64,000 bases of DNA from Myxococcota bacterium. Lineage in GTDB: Bacteria; Myxococcota_A; UBA9160; UBA6930. Below the pieces are notes generated by a model, which did not search any database, was not told where the DNA came from, and was given only the letters and a program-made list of their open reading frames with translations. A program made the position numbers and the translations under genes. The stretch covers positions 1,410,582-1,474,581 of the forward strand of contig OZ245015.1 in assembly GCA_965223705.1 (NCBI GenBank), in the 5' to 3' direction. This document shows positions 35,201 through 46,107 of this stretch, in pieces. Every line of letters starts with the position of its first letter. Position 1 is the stretch's first letter.

Positions 35201-36481
35201 AGCGGCCGAGAGCGCGAGCGCTATCCGGTGGTCTACGGCGCGCACATCAAGGTCGAAGACGGGCAGCAGGTCGCGCAGGGTGACATGCTGCTCGAGTGGG
35301 ATCCCTTCGCGAATCCGATCCTCACAGAGATCGGAGGGACGATCAAATTCGGCGACATCCAAGAAGGCGTCAACATGCAGGAGCAGGTGGACGAGTTCAC
35401 CGGCATGTCGTCGAAAGTGATCATCGAGTCGAAAGATCCGGAACTTCGGCCTCGGGTTTCCGTCAAGAACGAGGCGGGTGAGACCGTGTCCCGGGCGCTC
35501 CTGCCCGTCGGTGCCTACCTGTCGGTGAGCGAGCGCGAAGAGGTCGCTGCCGGCGACGTTGTCGCGAAGATTCCCCGGGAGACGTCCAAGACGAAAGACA
35601 TCACCGGTGGTCTTCCCCGGGTGGTGGAGCTCTTCGAGGCCCGCAAGCCGAAGGAGCACGCGATCGTCAGCGAAATCAACGGGATCGTGAGCTTCGGCTC
35701 GGACTCCCGCGGCAAGCGCCGGGTTTTGGTGACGCCCGATGACGACGGTGAGCAACGCGAATACCTGATCCCGAAGGGCAAGCACATCAGCGTGCACGAG
35801 GGAGATCGGGTGCGCGCCGGCGAAGCGCTGATGGACGGTTCTTCGAACCCGCACGATATCCTGCGCATCAAGGGTGAGCGGGAACTCGCGAAGTACCTGG
35901 TCGATGAGGTTCAGGAGGTCTACCGACTTCAGGGCGTGAAGATCAACGACAAGCACATCGAGATCATCGTGCGTCAGATGCTCCGCAAGGTTCGGATCAC
36001 CGACGCCGGCGATACCGATCTCCTGCTGGGCGAACAGGTCGACGCGACGACCGTGGCCGAGGTCAACGCCGCCATGGCTGAAGAGGGCAAAGAGCTCGCT
36101 CAGGTCGAACCGCTGCTCCTCGGCATCACGAAGGCGTCGCTCTCGACCGAGTCGTTCATCTCGGCGGCTTCGTTCCAAGAGACCACGAAGGTGCTGACCG
36201 AAGCCGCCATCTGGGGCAAGACGGACAACCTCTTCGGGCTCAAAGAGAACGTGATCATGGGCCGGCTCATCCCGGCGGGCACCGGCCTGGCGAAGTACCA
36301 GACGATCGGCGTCCAGATCGAGGCCCCGGAGGGGATGTTGGCCGAATTCTCCAGCGAGTCCGAGCTGCCGACGGCGTTCCCGGAGACAGACGGCGCGGGT
36401 TCGGGTGGAAGCGATCCCGCGTCCGAGCCCTCGCCGGTCCACGTGGCACCGTCGCCGTTTGACGACGAGGTGCAGACCTGA
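32276..36481 (+). CDS. rpoC: DNA-directed RNA polymerase subunit beta'
   Basis: A 1401-aa ORF with an N-terminal zinc motif (CSCGKY...CEKCG) and the catalytic [14 protein letters not shown]. Confidence 0.98.
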   Translation: MRDLYNLFEKPKDPLAFNAIRIGIASPEQIREWSFGEVKKPETINYRTFKPEKDGLFCGRIFGPVKDYECSCGKYKRMKYRGIVCEKCGEEIIQSKVRRERMGHITLATPVAHIWFLKSLPSRIGNILEVTLRDLEKVLYFEAYVVTDPGDTELRQGELLSEEQLIEAREQYGRDAFDYGIGAEAVREMLAGLDVEQESKQLRVEMKEATSEAKRKKLAKRLKVLDAFRESGNNPEFMILEVIPVLPPDLRPLVPLDGGRFATSDLNDLYRRVLNRNNRLKRLLELNAPEVIIRNEKRMLQEAVDALFDNGRRGRVITGPSKRPLKSLSDMLKGKSGRFRQNLLGKRVDYSGRSVIVAGPELRLHQCGLPSRMALELFKPFIYSKLEQRGYVTTIKAAKKMVERERPEVWDILAEVIQEHPVILNRAPTLHRLGMQAFEPSLIDGKAIQLHPLVCKAFNADFDGDQMAVHVPLSVEAQIEARVLMMSTNNILSPATGRPIIDPSQDIVLGCYYMTRERLGVRGQGMRFSSPEEVRMAYDSGEIDIHAGIHVRMDGETVETTVGRVLLSEIVPSEIPFEVINQVMDKKALGELIDQAYRRLGNKATVILSDQLRTLGYQNATRAGISICVDDMQIPGNKETHISSANNQVSEVQDQYLDGLISDGERYNKVIDIWADATERIAGELLDNLGTDVTLDTEGNEVRVPSFNPIYMMADSGARGSAQQIRQLAGMRGLMAKPSGEIIETPITSNFREGLSVLQYFISTHGARKGLADTALKTANSGYLTRRLVDVAQDMIVREEDCGTRRGILMEPLYEGGDIIESIGERILGRVALDDVRDTIDNRVLVAAGEEIDEEKVRAIEEAGIEQVMIRSVLTCETRRGICVLCYGRDLSRGEMVNLGEAVGVIAAQSIGEPGTQLTMRTFHIGGTATRRVEQSHHEAVSEGEVRFSNIRTVRDREGRHVCVNRNGEVGIYDVSGRERERYPVVYGAHIKVEDGQQVAQGDMLLEWDPFANPILTEIGGTIKFGDIQEGVNMQEQVDEFTGMSSKVIIESKDPELRPRVSVKNEAGETVSRALLPVGAYLSVSEREEVAAGDVVAKIPRETSKTKDITGGLPRVVELFEARKPKEHAIVSEINGIVSFGSDSRGKRRVLVTPDDDGEQREYLIPKGKHISVHEGDRVRAGEALMDGSSNPHDILRIKGERELAKYLVDEVQEVYRLQGVKINDKHIEIIVRQMLRKVRITDAGDTDLLLGEQVDATTVAEVNAAMAEEGKELAQVEPLLLGITKASLSTESFISAASFQETTKVLTEAAIWGKTDNLFGLKENVIMGRLIPAGTGLAKYQTIGVQIEAPEGMLAEFSSESELPTAFPETDGAGSGGSDPASEPSPVHVAPSPFDDEVQT

Positions 36482-36519
36482 TCTCCGTTCCCCCTTGGGG
36501 AGTGGCGCTCAGGAGTACG

Positions 36520-36547
36520 TTGACAGAGCACGCAAGCTGGCTAGGCT
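36520..36547 (+). promoter_or_regulatory. candidate sigma70-type promoter for the rpsL (str) operon
   Basis: TTGACA at 36520-36525, a 16-nt spacer, then TAGGCT at 36542-36547. It sits in the 270-nt rpoC-rpsL spacer. This is a pattern match only. Confidence 0.3.
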
Positions 36548-36658
36548 ACTGAGGTTTTTGGCTCCAGGAAAGCTGCCGCTGCAGACGGATCGGGCCGCGA
36601 TGAGACCCGCCTAGGGAACCGCTGTTCCCCGCCCTCCTCGCGATCGGTCACGGACTGA

Positions 36659-36738
36659 CAGGGGCGACTTGTCCTTTGGAGAAGCCGAGCCCAGGGGCGA
36701 CTCGTCTCTGGAATACCCGAGCCGTTTTGGAAAACGGC
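36659..36738 (+). repeat. tandem 33/32-nt direct repeat followed by an RBS-proximal hairpin in the rpsL leader
   Basis: R1 (36659-36691) is CAGGGGCGACTTGTCCTTTGGAGAAGCCGAGCC. R2 (36692-36723) is CAGGGGCGACTCGTCTCTGGAATACCCGAGCC. The hairpin GCCGTTTT-gg-AAAACGGC at 36721-36738 lies just upstream of the RBS GGAGGG and ATG 36752. Confidence 0.6.
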
Positions 36739-36751
36739 ATCGGAGGGAAGA

Positions 36752-37123
36752 ATGCCGACCGTACAGCAGCTGGTCCGCCGCGGCCGAAACCGACAGCGCA
36801 AGAAGTCGAAGTCCCCCGACTTGGACGCGTGTCCCCAGCGCCGTGGTGTGTGCGTTCGCGTTGCGACACAAACACCGAAGAAGCCGAACTCCGCGCTTCG
36901 AAAAGTTGCACGCGTGCGTCTGACCAACGGAAAAGAAGTCTGGGCCTACATCCCGGGCGTCGGTCACAACTTGCAGGAACACTCCGTCGTGTTGGTCCGC
37001 GGCGGCCGCGTAAAGGACTTGCCCGGCGTCCGTTACCACGTCGTGCGCGGAACGCTCGACACCATGGGTGTCGCAGACCGGAACCAGAGCCGTTCGAAGT
37101 ACGGCGCAAAGAAGCCGAAGTAG
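36752..37123 (+). CDS. rpsL: 30S ribosomal protein S12
   Basis: [12 protein letters not shown]...[19 protein letters not shown]. Confidence 0.98.
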   Translation: MPTVQQLVRRGRNRQRKKSKSPDLDACPQRRGVCVRVATQTPKKPNSALRKVARVRLTNGKEVWAYIPGVGHNLQEHSVVLVRGGRVKDLPGVRYHVVRGTLDTMGVADRNQSRSKYGAKKPK

Positions 37124-37139
37124 GCGGACGGGGAGCGCC

Positions 37140-37610
37140 ATGCCCAGACGACGAGAAGTACCGAAGCGCCGGATCGACCCCGATCCGAAGTACGGCGACC
37201 GCATGGTCGCCCGCTTTACGTCGGTCTTGATGCTCGACGGAAAAAAGAGCGTCGCCGAACACATCGTATACGGTGCGTTCCACGAAATCGAAAGCAAGAC
37301 GCGGAACGATCCGTTGGCGATGTTCCGGCGGGCGATGGACAACGTGCGTCCCCGGGTCGAAGTGAAGTCCCGCCGCGTCGGTGGCGCCACGTACCAGGTG
37401 CCGATCGAAGTTCGACCGGAGCGAGCGAACAGCCTGGCCATGCGTTGGCTCGCGCAGTCCGCGAGAAGCCGCTCGGGAAAGAGTATGCGCGAGAAGCTTG
37501 CCAGCGAGTTGATCGACGCGGCGAACGAGCGCGGCGAGGCGGTGAAGAAGCGCGAAGATACCCACCGAATGGCCGAGGCCAACAAGGCCTTCTCGCACTA
37601 CCGCTGGTAG
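37140..37610 (+). CDS. rpsG: 30S ribosomal protein S7
   Basis: The in-frame ATG at 37140 gives [20 protein letters not shown]...[15 protein letters not shown]. The track's 37068 start was rejected. Confidence 0.97.
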   Translation: MPRRREVPKRRIDPDPKYGDRMVARFTSVLMLDGKKSVAEHIVYGAFHEIESKTRNDPLAMFRRAMDNVRPRVEVKSRRVGGATYQVPIEVRPERANSLAMRWLAQSARSRSGKSMREKLASELIDAANERGEAVKKREDTHRMAEANKAFSHYRW

Positions 37611-37625
37611 GCGAAGCGTAACGTC

Positions 37626-39698
37626 ATGGATCGTCAAACCCCGCTCGAAAGGACGCGCAACATCGGCATCATGGCCCACATCGATGCCGGTAAGACGACG
37701 ACCACCGAGCGGGTCCTGTTCTACACCGGCGTGAACTACAAGATGGGTGAAGTCCATCACGGTGCCGCCACGATGGACTGGATGGAGCAGGAGCAAGAGC
37801 GCGGTATCACGATCACGTCCGCTGCGACGACCTGCTTCTGGAACGATCACCGGATCAACATCATCGACACCCCTGGCCACGTGGATTTCACCGTCGAGGT
37901 CGAGCGCTCGCTGCGAGTGCTCGACGGCGCCGTGGCGGTTTTTTGCGGCGTCGGCGGCGTCGAACCGCAATCGGAAACGGTCTGGCGACAGGCGGACAAG
38001 TATCGTGTTCCGCGGATCGCGTTCGTCAACAAGATGGATCGCACGGGCGCCGATTTCGCTCGTGTCATCGAGATGATGGTCGATCGGCTCGGCGCGAAGG
38101 CGGTCGCGATTCAACTGCCCATCGGCGCCGAGGACACTTTTGAGGGTGTTGTCGACCTGCTCGAACAGCACGCGGTGTATTGGGATCAAGACACGGAAGG
38201 CACCGAGTTCCGCGTCGGGCCGATCCCGGATGCCCTTGCGGAAGCCGCGAACCATCATCGCGATCAGATCATCGAAGCGGTGGCCGACTACGACGAAGAG
38301 CTGCTGACCCGCTACCTCGAAGGCGAGTCCGTCTCCGCGGAAGAACTGCGCAAGGCGCTGCGGGAAGCGACGCTCCAGCTCGGCGTCGTGCCGGTGCTGT
38401 GCGGTTCCGCGTTTCGGAACAAAGGCGTGCAGCCGCTCCTCGACGCCATCGTCAACTATTTGCCGTCACCGCTCGATGTCCCTCCGGTGGAAGCCACCGT
38501 CGTCGGCAAGGAAGAGGTCGTCCAGCGCAAGGCCGACGACAGCGCGCCGTTCTCCGCGCTCGTTTTCAAGTTGATGAGCGACAAGCATGTCGGGCACTTG
38601 ACCTACGTGCGCGTGTACTCCGGATCGATCGAGACCGGCGACCAGGTCCTGAACGCGACGCGCGGTAAGAAAGAACGTCTGGGACGCGTGCTCCAGATGC
38701 ACGCGAACAAGCGACAAGAGATCGATGCCCTTCACGCCGGGGATATCGCGGCGGTCGTCGGGCTGAAACACGTCACGACGGGCGACACGCTGTGTCACCC
38801 CCGCCATCCTGTGACACTCGAATCGATCGACTTCCCGGATCCGGTGATCTCTATCGCGGTGGAGCCGAAGACGAAGGCGGACATGGACCGTCTCGGTCAA
38901 TCCCTCGACCGGCTCGCGGCCGAAGACCCGACGTTCCGAGTGACGACCGACCCCGAGACCGGACAGACCATCGTGTCGGGCATGGGCGAGCTTCACCTGG
39001 AGATCATCACGGATCGCTTGGTTCGGGAGTTCGGCGTTCAGGCCAACGTCGGTCGGCCCCAGGTGGCTTACAAGGAAACGATTCGCGAGGCCGTCCGGGT
39101 CGAGGGTCGCTACATCAAGCAATCCGGCGGCTCTGGTGATTACGGCGTGGTGTGGCTCGAAGTCGAACCCGCTCCTGCCGGCGAGGGCTTCTCGTTCGAA
39201 GACGCGGTCAAGGGTGGAGCCGTTCCGAAAGAGTTCATTCCCGCGGTGGAGCAGGGCGCACGAGAAGCGCTCGAGAGCGGAGAGCTCGCCGGGTATCCCG
39301 TCGTCGACATCCGCGTGCGGCTGGTCGACGGGCAGACCCACGACGTCGATTCTTCGGAGCGCTCTTTCAAGATCGCGGGGTCTATCGCGATGAAGGAAGG
39401 GCTTCGCAAGGGAAAGCCCGTCCTCCTCGAGCCGATCATGGCCGTCGAGGTCGTCACGCCGGAAGAATTCCTCGGCGCTGTACAGGGCGATCTCAACAGT
39501 CGCCGGGGTCGCGTGCAGGGTCTCGAAGCGCGCGCTGCGGCGCAAGCGATTACGGCGGAAGTTCCGCTCGCTTCGATGTTCGGTTACGTCAATTCACTGC
39601 GCTCCATGTCACAGGGGCGCGCCAATTACACGATGCAGTTCTCCCACTACGCCGAAGTACCGGCGGACGTCGCGGGGAATCTGGTCCGCATCTATTAG
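37626..39698 (+). CDS. fusA: elongation factor G
   Basis: [21 protein letters not shown] and DTPGHVDFT are present in a 690-aa ORF. Confidence 0.98.
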   Translation: MDRQTPLERTRNIGIMAHIDAGKTTTTERVLFYTGVNYKMGEVHHGAATMDWMEQEQERGITITSAATTCFWNDHRINIIDTPGHVDFTVEVERSLRVLDGAVAVFCGVGGVEPQSETVWRQADKYRVPRIAFVNKMDRTGADFARVIEMMVDRLGAKAVAIQLPIGAEDTFEGVVDLLEQHAVYWDQDTEGTEFRVGPIPDALAEAANHHRDQIIEAVADYDEELLTRYLEGESVSAEELRKALREATLQLGVVPVLCGSAFRNKGVQPLLDAIVNYLPSPLDVPPVEATVVGKEEVVQRKADDSAPFSALVFKLMSDKHVGHLTYVRVYSGSIETGDQVLNATRGKKERLGRVLQMHANKRQEIDALHAGDIAAVVGLKHVTTGDTLCHPRHPVTLESIDFPDPVISIAVEPKTKADMDRLGQSLDRLAAEDPTFRVTTDPETGQTIVSGMGELHLEIITDRLVREFGVQANVGRPQVAYKETIREAVRVEGRYIKQSGGSGDYGVVWLEVEPAPAGEGFSFEDAVKGGAVPKEFIPAVEQGAREALESGELAGYPVVDIRVRLVDGQTHDVDSSERSFKIAGSIAMKEGLRKGKPVLLEPIMAVEVVTPEEFLGAVQGDLNSRRGRVQGLEARAAAQAITAEVPLASMFGYVNSLRSMSQGRANYTMQFSHYAEVPADVAGNLVRIY

Positions 39699-39716
39699 GT
39701 AGGGGAGCTCGCGGAG

Positions 39717-40907
39717 ATGGCGAAGGAGAAGTTCGAGCGGACGAAGCCTCACGTAAACGTGGGGACGATTGGTCACGTAGACCATGGGAAGACGACGTTG
39801 ACGGCGGCGATCACGTCGCGCCAGGCGCATAAGAGCCTGGCCGAGAAGGTGGACTTCGCGAACATCGACAAGGCACCGGAGGAGCGAGAGCGCGGGATCA
39901 CGATCGCGACGGCCCACGTGGAGTACCAGACGGACAGCCGTCACTACGCGCACGTGGATTGCCCGGGCCACGCGGACTACGTGAAGAACATGATCACGGG
40001 CGCGGCACAGATGGACGGAGCGATTTTGGTGGTGTCGGCTGCGGACGGCCCGATGCCTCAGACGCGCGAGCACGTGTTGCTGGCGCGCCAGGTGAACGTT
40101 CCCCACATCGTGGTGTTCATGAACAAAGTGGACCAGGTGGATGACGAGGAGTTGCTGGAGCTTGTGGAGCTCGAGGTACGTGAGCTGTTGTCGAACTACG
40201 AGTTTCCTGGGGACGACATTCCGATCATCAAGGGTTCGGCGCTGAAGGCTGGCGAGGACCCGAGCAACGATGAGGCGAACCAGTGCATCGACGAGTTGAT
40301 GGATGCGCTGGACGCGACGATCCCGGAGCCTGAGCGGGCGCTCGACAAGGACTTCCTGATGCCGATCGAGGACGTGTTCTCGATTACGGGCCGCGGGACG
40401 GTTGTGACGGGTCGCGTGGAGCAGGGGATCATCCACACGGGCGACGAAGTGGAGATCGTTGGGATCCGAGACACGACGAAGACGGTGTGCACGGGCGTGG
40501 AGATGTTCCGCAAGATTCTGGATGAGGGTCAGGCGGGAGACAACGTGGGTTGTCTGCTGCGCGGGACGGACAAAGAGGACGTGGAGCGTGGTCAGGTCCT
40601 GGCGAAGCCCGGGTCGATCACGCCGCACACGAAGTTCAAGGGTCAGGCGTACGTGCTGACGAAGGAGGAGGGAGGTCGCCATACGCCCTTCTTCACGGGC
40701 TATCGGCCTCAGTTCTACTTCCGAACGACGGACGTGACGGGTGTTGCGAACCTTCCGGAGGGTACGGAGATGGTGATGCCCGGTGACAACATCGAGATGA
40801 CGATCGAGCTGATCACGCCGATCGCGATGGATCCGGAGCTTCGCTTCGCGATCCGCGAGGGCGGTCGCACGGTGGGTGCCGGCGTCGTCTCGGAGATTAT
40901 CGAGTAA
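39717..40907 (+). CDS. tuf: elongation factor Tu (copy 2)
   Basis: Same length as copy 1. The translations differ at two residues (HKSLAEK vs HKNLAEK; NLPEGTE vs NLPDGTE). The flanks are unrelated. Confidence 0.97.
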   Translation: MAKEKFERTKPHVNVGTIGHVDHGKTTLTAAITSRQAHKSLAEKVDFANIDKAPEERERGITIATAHVEYQTDSRHYAHVDCPGHADYVKNMITGAAQMDGAILVVSAADGPMPQTREHVLLARQVNVPHIVVFMNKVDQVDDEELLELVELEVRELLSNYEFPGDDIPIIKGSALKAGEDPSNDEANQCIDELMDALDATIPEPERALDKDFLMPIEDVFSITGRGTVVTGRVEQGIIHTGDEVEIVGIRDTTKTVCTGVEMFRKILDEGQAGDNVGCLLRGTDKEDVERGQVLAKPGSITPHTKFKGQAYVLTKEEGGRHTPFFTGYRPQFYFRTTDVTGVANLPEGTEMVMPGDNIEMTIELITPIAMDPELRFAIREGGRTVGAGVVSEIIE

Positions 40908-40909
40908 TC

Positions 40910-41227
40910 GTGGCTGACTTAAATTCCCCGAAGATCCGCATTCGTATGAAAGCGTATGACCACAAGCTTCTCGACCAGAGCGTCGGAGAGATCGTGGATA
41001 CGGCGATGCGCACTGGTGCCCGCGTGGTCGGGCCGATCCCGCTGCCGACGGCGATCAACAAGTACACGGTGCTCCGCGGGCCGCACATCGACAAGAAGTC
41101 TCGGGAGCAATTCGAGATGCGAACGCACAAGCGCTTGATCGACATTCTCGATCCGACGCCCCAGACCGTCGACGCTTTGATGAAGCTCGAGCTGGCTGCG
41201 GGCGTCGACGTAGAGATCAAACTCTGA
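40910..41227 (+). CDS. rpsJ: 30S ribosomal protein S10
   Basis: [16 protein letters not shown]...IPLPT...[28 protein letters not shown]. Confidence 0.97.
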   Translation: MADLNSPKIRIRMKAYDHKLLDQSVGEIVDTAMRTGARVVGPIPLPTAINKYTVLRGPHIDKKSREQFEMRTHKRLIDILDPTPQTVDALMKLELAAGVDVEIKL

Positions 41228-41868
41228 TGGCGACCATCGATCTACGGAACAGCCAGAACCAGAGCGCAGGGAGCGTGGAGCTCTCCTCCGCTGTGTTCGA
41301 AACCAAGGTCTCGCCCGGCCTGTTGCACGCGGAAGTGCGTCGCCAGTTGGCAGCGCGCCGTTCGGGCAACGCCTCGACGAAGAACCGTCACGCGGTTTCC
41401 GGCGGCGGCGCCAAACCGTACCGCCAGAAAGGGACGGGGCGAGCCCGTCAGGGATCGATACGGTCTCCCCAGTACCAAGGCGGTGGTGTCGTGTTCGGTC
41501 CGGTGCCGCGGAACTACGCCCATAAGCTGCCGAAGAAAATGCGTCGCAAGGCGCTGTGTTCCGCCTTGTCGCTGCGGCGCGAAGAAGGCGATCTCGCGGT
41601 GGTCGACAGCATCGAGCTCAACGCCTGTAAGACAAAGAAGGTCGTTGAGCTCCTCCGCGGGCTCGAGCTCTCGGGCAGTTCCGTCCTCATCGTCATCGAC
41701 GGCGCCGATGAGACGTTGTCGAAGGCGGCGAGGAACCTGCCGGGTGTCGATGTGCTCCAGGCGTCGGGGCTCAACGTATACGACGTGTTGGGGCACCAAA
41801 AGCTCCTGATGACCCGAGCGGGCCTCGATGCAGTCACGGCGAGGCTGTCGGTCGGGGGTGCGTCATGA
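41227..41868 (+). CDS. rplD: 50S ribosomal protein L4
   Basis: [34 protein letters not shown]. The start shares one nucleotide with the rpsJ stop (TGATG), so no rplC lies between them. Confidence 0.95.
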   Translation: MATIDLRNSQNQSAGSVELSSAVFETKVSPGLLHAEVRRQLAARRSGNASTKNRHAVSGGGAKPYRQKGTGRARQGSIRSPQYQGGGVVFGPVPRNYAHKLPKKMRRKALCSALSLRREEGDLAVVDSIELNACKTKKVVELLRGLELSGSSVLIVIDGADETLSKAARNLPGVDVLQASGLNVYDVLGHQKLLMTRAGLDAVTARLSVGGAS

Positions 41869-42152
41869 ACCTCCACGAGGTGATTCGGCGTCCGCTTGTG
41901 ACGGAGAAGAGCACCATCGCGCGCGAAGAACTCAACATTGTGACCTTTGCGGTGGATCCGCGCGCGAGCAAGTTCGACGTGAAGAGCGCCGTTGAGCGCC
42001 TGTTTGAAGTCAGCGTTCTCGAGGTGAGGACGATGCGCATGCCTCGGAAGTCCCGACGGCTCGGGCGTTTCATCGGCAGGCGACCGGAATGGAAGAAAGC
42101 CATCGTGCGATTGGCAGAAGGCCAATCGATCGAGTTCTTCGAGGGGGTCTAG
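41865..42152 (+). CDS. rplW: 50S ribosomal protein L23
   Basis: [12 protein letters not shown]...[26 protein letters not shown]. Confidence 0.95.
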   Translation: MNLHEVIRRPLVTEKSTIAREELNIVTFAVDPRASKFDVKSAVERLFEVSVLEVRTMRMPRKSRRLGRFIGRRPEWKKAIVRLAEGQSIEFFEGV

Positions 42153-42158
42153 GCGGCC

Positions 42159-42989
42159 GTGGCAGTTCGAGTCTACAAACCGACTTCGGCGGGGCGGCGC
42201 AAGATGAGCGTCTCCGACTTCGGCGAAGTGACGAGCAAGAAGCCCGAGCGATCTCTCCTCGGAGGCCGTGTCAGCAAGAGCGGCGGGCGAAACAACAACG
42301 GTCGGGTCACGTCGTGGCAGCGCGGAGGCGGTCACAAACGCCGCTATCGCAAGATCGACTTTCGGCGCGAGAAGCACGGCGTACCCGCAAAGGTCGCCGC
42401 CGTCGAGTACGATCCGAATCGTTCCGCGAACATCGCGTTGCTCCACTACCGAGACGGTGAAAAGCGCTACATCCTGGCCCCGGTCGGTGTCACCGTCGGA
42501 ACCGTTTTGATGTCGGGGCCCGATGCTGACTTCCGACCGGGAAATGCCATGCCGCTCTCCCAGATCCCGCTCGGGACGGTCGTCCACGCGATCGAAATGA
42601 AGGAAGGAAAAGGCGCGCAAATGGTGCGGGCCGCCGGCGGCGGAGCGCAGCTCATGGCCCGCGAAGGTCAATACGCCACGTTGCGGATGCCGAGCGGCGA
42701 AAACCGCCAGATCCACATCCGCTGTCAGGCGACGATCGGTCAGGTGGGCAACCTCGATCACGAGAACCGGCGGATCGGGAAAGCGGGTCGTTCCCGTTGG
42801 CTCGGCAAGCGTCCGAACGTTCGCGGCGTCGCCATGAATCCGGTGGACCACCCGATGGGTGGCGGCGAGGGCAAGAGTTCGGGCGGTCGTCACCCGTGCA
42901 CGCCGTGGGGAAAGCCGACGAAGGGACACAAGACGCGCAAGAAGGGTCGCTCCGACAAGTACATCGTGAAGCGGCGAGGGAAGAAATAA
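42159..42989 (+). CDS. rplB: 50S ribosomal protein L2
   Basis: [22 protein letters not shown] and [21 protein letters not shown]. Confidence 0.98.
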   Translation: MAVRVYKPTSAGRRKMSVSDFGEVTSKKPERSLLGGRVSKSGGRNNNGRVTSWQRGGGHKRRYRKIDFRREKHGVPAKVAAVEYDPNRSANIALLHYRDGEKRYILAPVGVTVGTVLMSGPDADFRPGNAMPLSQIPLGTVVHAIEMKEGKGAQMVRAAGGGAQLMAREGQYATLRMPSGENRQIHIRCQATIGQVGNLDHENRRIGKAGRSRWLGKRPNVRGVAMNPVDHPMGGGEGKSSGGRHPCTPWGKPTKGHKTRKKGRSDKYIVKRRGKK

Positions 42990-43264
42990 TGGCGCGTTCA
43001 CTGAGGAAAGGGCCGTACGTCGAAACGAGCTTGCAGCGTAAGGTCGCTCAGCAGGTCGAAAGCGGTTCGAAGCAAGTCATCAAGACATGGTCGCGCCGCT
43101 CCATGATCACGCCGGAGATGATCGGCATTACGTTCCACGTCCACAACGGGAAGCTCTTTATGCCCGTCTACGTGACGGAGAACATGGTCGGGCACCGCCT
43201 CGGAGAATTCGCGCCGACGCGCAAGTTCACCGGGCACGCGACGGACAAGAAAGTGAAGCGCTGA
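42989..43264 (+). CDS. rpsS: 30S ribosomal protein S19
   Basis: The in-frame ATG at 42989 gives [11 protein letters not shown]...[31 protein letters not shown]. It overlaps the rplB stop (TAATG). Confidence 0.97.
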   Translation: MARSLRKGPYVETSLQRKVAQQVESGSKQVIKTWSRRSMITPEMIGITFHVHNGKLFMPVYVTENMVGHRLGEFAPTRKFTGHATDKKVKR

Positions 43265-43611
43265 TGGCGGTTTCGGCATCCCTGCAGAACACGCGGATCA
43301 GCCCGCAGAAGGCGCGACTTCTCGCCGATCAAGTGCGCGGGCTCGGTATCGAAGACGCTTTGACGATCCTCGAGATGTCGCCGAAGCGTTTTGCCGGGCC
43401 GCTCGCGAAACTGTTGCGATCGGCTGTCGCGAACGCGGAAGACAAGAACAACCGCGACAAGGCGGGTATCGACATCGACAACTTGTACGTCCAAACCATC
43501 ACGGTCGACCAAGGGGCCAGCATGTGGCGAATTCGCGCCCGCGCTCAGGGTCGCGCCGCCTGGATCCAAAAGAAGACCAGCCACGTGGCCGTGGTTCTGG
43601 AAGAGCGATAG
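43264..43611 (+). CDS. rplV: 50S ribosomal protein L22
   Basis: The in-frame ATG at 43264 gives [26 protein letters not shown]...RIRARAQGRAAWIQKKTSH. Confidence 0.95.
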   Translation: MAVSASLQNTRISPQKARLLADQVRGLGIEDALTILEMSPKRFAGPLAKLLRSAVANAEDKNNRDKAGIDIDNLYVQTITVDQGASMWRIRARAQGRAAWIQKKTSHVAVVLEER

Positions 43612-43626
43612 GACGTCGGAGAGATC

Positions 43627-44307
43627 ATGGGACAAAAAGTACACCCCTACGGTTTTCGCTTGGGCGTCCTCTACGGATGGAAATCGAACTGGTTCGGCGA
43701 TCGACGCTACGCGGACCAGGTCCAAGAAGACCACGCGATTCGCAAGTTCATCAAGAAGAAGCTCTACCACGCGGGGATTTCGAAGGTCGTTATCGACCGG
43801 ACCGGCGAAAAGGTCGTCGTGAACATCCACACCGCGCGGCCGGGGATCCTCATCGGAAAGCGCGGTGCGGAGGTCGAGGTTCTCCGAGGTGAGCTCGCCT
43901 CGAAAACTTCCGGCGAGGTGTTCATCAACATCAAAGAGATTCGCAAAGCCGAACTCGATGCCCAGCTCGTGGCGGAGAACATCGCGCTCCAGCTCGAACG
44001 CCGCGTCGCGTTCCGGCGGGCGATGAAAAAGGCCCTGACTTCCACGATGAAGTTCGGCGCCGAAGGCATCCGCATCGAGTGTGCGGGTCGGCTCGGCGGT
44101 GCCGAGATGGGCCGACGCGAGCGCTACCTCGAAGGCCGCGTGCCGCTACACACGCTCCGCGCCGACATCGACTTCGGCATGGCCGAAGCGAAGACCACTT
44201 ACGGCGTGATCGGTGTGAAGTGCTGGATCTTCCGCGGTGATGTGCCGGACAAAGAGATCCGCGGCTCCTCATTGGCCGAACGCGGCCAGGAACAGGCGGC
44301 GAGGTAG
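43627..44307 (+). CDS. rpsC: 30S ribosomal protein S3
   Basis: [13 protein letters not shown] is followed by a KH domain and [12 protein letters not shown]. Confidence 0.97.
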   Translation: MGQKVHPYGFRLGVLYGWKSNWFGDRRYADQVQEDHAIRKFIKKKLYHAGISKVVIDRTGEKVVVNIHTARPGILIGKRGAEVEVLRGELASKTSGEVFINIKEIRKAELDAQLVAENIALQLERRVAFRRAMKKALTSTMKFGAEGIRIECAGRLGGAEMGRRERYLEGRVPLHTLRADIDFGMAEAKTTYGVIGVKCWIFRGDVPDKEIRGSSLAERGQEQAAR

Positions 44308-44309
44308 TC

Positions 44310-44723
44310 ATGCTTCAGCCGAAGAAAGTCAAGCATCGCAAGATCATGAAGGGTCGCATGAAGGGGAAGGCCTATCGCGGAAGCACGGTCTCCTTCGGCG
44401 AGTTCGGATTACAGGCGACGACGCGCGGGCGGATGACCGCGCGCCAGATCGAAGCCGCTCGTATCGCCATGACCCGTCACGTCAAGCGCGGTGGCAAGGT
44501 TTGGATTCGCGTGTTCCCGGACAAGCCGATTACGAAGAAGCCCGCGGAAACCCGGATGGGTAAAGGTAAGGGCAACCCGGAAGAGTGGGTGGCGATCGTT
44601 AAGCCGGGGAAGATCCTCTACGAAATGGAAGGCGTTCAGCCCGAGGTCGCACGCGAAGCGTTCCGCCTGGCGGCCCACAAGCTGCCGTTCCGGACGCGCT
44701 TTGTGCAGCGAGAGGAGCTCTAG
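44310..44723 (+). CDS. rplP: 50S ribosomal protein L16
   Basis: [19 protein letters not shown]...[19 protein letters not shown]. Confidence 0.97.
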   Translation: MLQPKKVKHRKIMKGRMKGKAYRGSTVSFGEFGLQATTRGRMTARQIEAARIAMTRHVKRGGKVWIRVFPDKPITKKPAETRMGKGKGNPEEWVAIVKPGKILYEMEGVQPEVAREAFRLAAHKLPFRTRFVQREEL

Positions 44724-44920
44724 TGAAGGTCAAGGAACTCCTCGATCTGTCGGCCGAGGAACTACACGCCAAGGGCGAGGAGCTGCGGGGCGAGCTGTTC
44801 AGCGTCAACGTGAAGCACGCAACCGGGCAACTCGAAGACACGGCTCGACTCAAGCGGTTGCGCCGCGATATCGCGCGCGTCGAAACCGCGACGCAGCAAA
44901 AGCGGGAGGCCAATTCGTGA
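44723..44920 (+). CDS. rpmC: 50S ribosomal protein L29
   Basis: A 65-aa ORF ([37 protein letters not shown]) in the canonical position. Confidence 0.93.
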   Translation: MKVKELLDLSAEELHAKGEELRGELFSVNVKHATGQLEDTARLKRLRRDIARVETATQQKREANS

Positions 44921-45177
44921 AACGCGGTCACCGGAGAACTCTCGTCGGAACCGTTGTCGGCGATCAGATGGACAAGACGGTGGTCGTCCGGGTCGAGCGG
45001 CTCGTGAAAGACACGTCCTACAAGAAATACGTCCGGCGTTACTCGCGGTTTATGGCGCACGACGAAGAGAACGCGTGCTCGGTCGGAGATCGCGTTCAAA
45101 TCATCGAGCATCGACCGCTGTCCAAACGCAAGCGCTGGAAGGTTCGGGCCACCGTTGGAAAGGCCGGGGGGGCCTAG
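44917..45177 (+). CDS. rpsQ: 30S ribosomal protein S17
   Basis: GTG 44917 overlaps the rpmC stop (GTGA). [32 protein letters not shown]...[18 protein letters not shown]. Confidence 0.95.
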   Translation: MKRGHRRTLVGTVVGDQMDKTVVVRVERLVKDTSYKKYVRRYSRFMAHDEENACSVGDRVQIIEHRPLSKRKRWKVRATVGKAGGA

Positions 45178-45186
45178 GGGACCGGC

Positions 45187-45555
45187 ATGATTCAAACCGA
45201 ATCCAAGCTCGAAGTCGCAGACAATTCGGGGGCGCGCAAGGTGGCCTGCATCCGCGTCCTCGGAGGGTCTCGGCGACGCTACGCCTCGGTGGGGGACATC
45301 ATCGTGGTCGCGGTGAAAGACGCGATTCCGAACGCCCGGGTCAAGAAAGGCGAGGTCAGGAAAGCGGTGGTCGTCCGGACCAAGAAAGGGATCGGACGCC
45401 CCGACGGTTCCTATATCAAATTCGACGACAACGCCGCGGTGATCCTCGACAACCAGCGAGAGCCGGTGGGAACCCGGATCTTCGGGCCGGTCGCTCGCGA
45501 GCTCCGGGGAAAGCAATTCATGAAGATCATCTCCCTCGCACCGGAGGTGTTGTGA
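45187..45555 (+). CDS. rplN: 50S ribosomal protein L14
   Basis: [27 protein letters not shown]. Confidence 0.98.
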   Translation: MIQTESKLEVADNSGARKVACIRVLGGSRRRYASVGDIIVVAVKDAIPNARVKKGEVRKAVVVRTKKGIGRPDGSYIKFDDNAAVILDNQREPVGTRIFGPVARELRGKQFMKIISLAPEVL

Positions 45556-46097
45556 TGCTGCCGCGATTGCAGGTTCGTTATCGGGATACGGTACGCGCGA
45601 AGCTGACCGAAGAATTCTCGTACAAGAACATTCATCAAGTTCCCAGTTTGACCAAGGTCGTCGTCAATATCGGCCTCGGCGAAGCGACGGAGAACGCGAA
45701 GCTGCTCGAGCGTGCCAGCGAAGAGCTCGGCCAGATCGCAGGCCAGCGTCCGGTGATCCGAAAGGCAAAGAAGTCCGTCGCGGCGTTCAAGCTCCGAGAA
45801 GGACAATCGATCGGTTGCATGGTGACGCTCCGCGGCGCCCGTATGTGGGAGTTCTACGACCGCTTGACCAACGTCGCGCTCCCGCGTGTTCGCGACTTCA
45901 AAGGCGTGTCGCCGAAGTCGTTCGACGGGCGGGGGAACTACACGCTCGGAATTCGAGAACAGATTATTTTTCCGGAAGTCGACTACGACAAGGTCGAGAA
46001 GATTACCGGGATGAACGTGACGGTTTGCACGACGGCCGAGACGGACGCCGAAGCGAGGGCGCTTCTCGGGCACCTCGGCATGCCGTTCCGCCAATAG
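45555..46097 (+). CDS. rplE: 50S ribosomal protein L5
   Basis: ATG 45555 shares one nucleotide with the rplN stop. [21 protein letters not shown]...[11 protein letters not shown]...[19 protein letters not shown]. No rplX lies between rplN and rplE. Confidence 0.95.
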   Translation: MLPRLQVRYRDTVRAKLTEEFSYKNIHQVPSLTKVVVNIGLGEATENAKLLERASEELGQIAGQRPVIRKAKKSVAAFKLREGQSIGCMVTLRGARMWEFYDRLTNVALPRVRDFKGVSPKSFDGRGNYTLGIREQIIFPEVDYDKVEKITGMNVTVCTTAETDAEARALLGHLGMPFRQ

Positions 46098-46107
46098 GTG
46101 ACGCGTT

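Noticed and set aside
33692-36442. 916-aa minus-strand ORF inside rpoC. Similar long antisense ORFs are 29225-30859, 30926-32083 and 32294-33685 (rpoB/rpoC); 23516-24571 and 39609-40682 (tuf); 36648-38258 and 38466-39545 (rpsG/fusA); and 41514-43001.
   Set aside because: They lie exactly antisense to unambiguous, highly conserved genes. Their translations are Arg/His/Asp/Leu-rich with no recognisable motifs. Stop-poor antisense frames are expected in GC-rich DNA.
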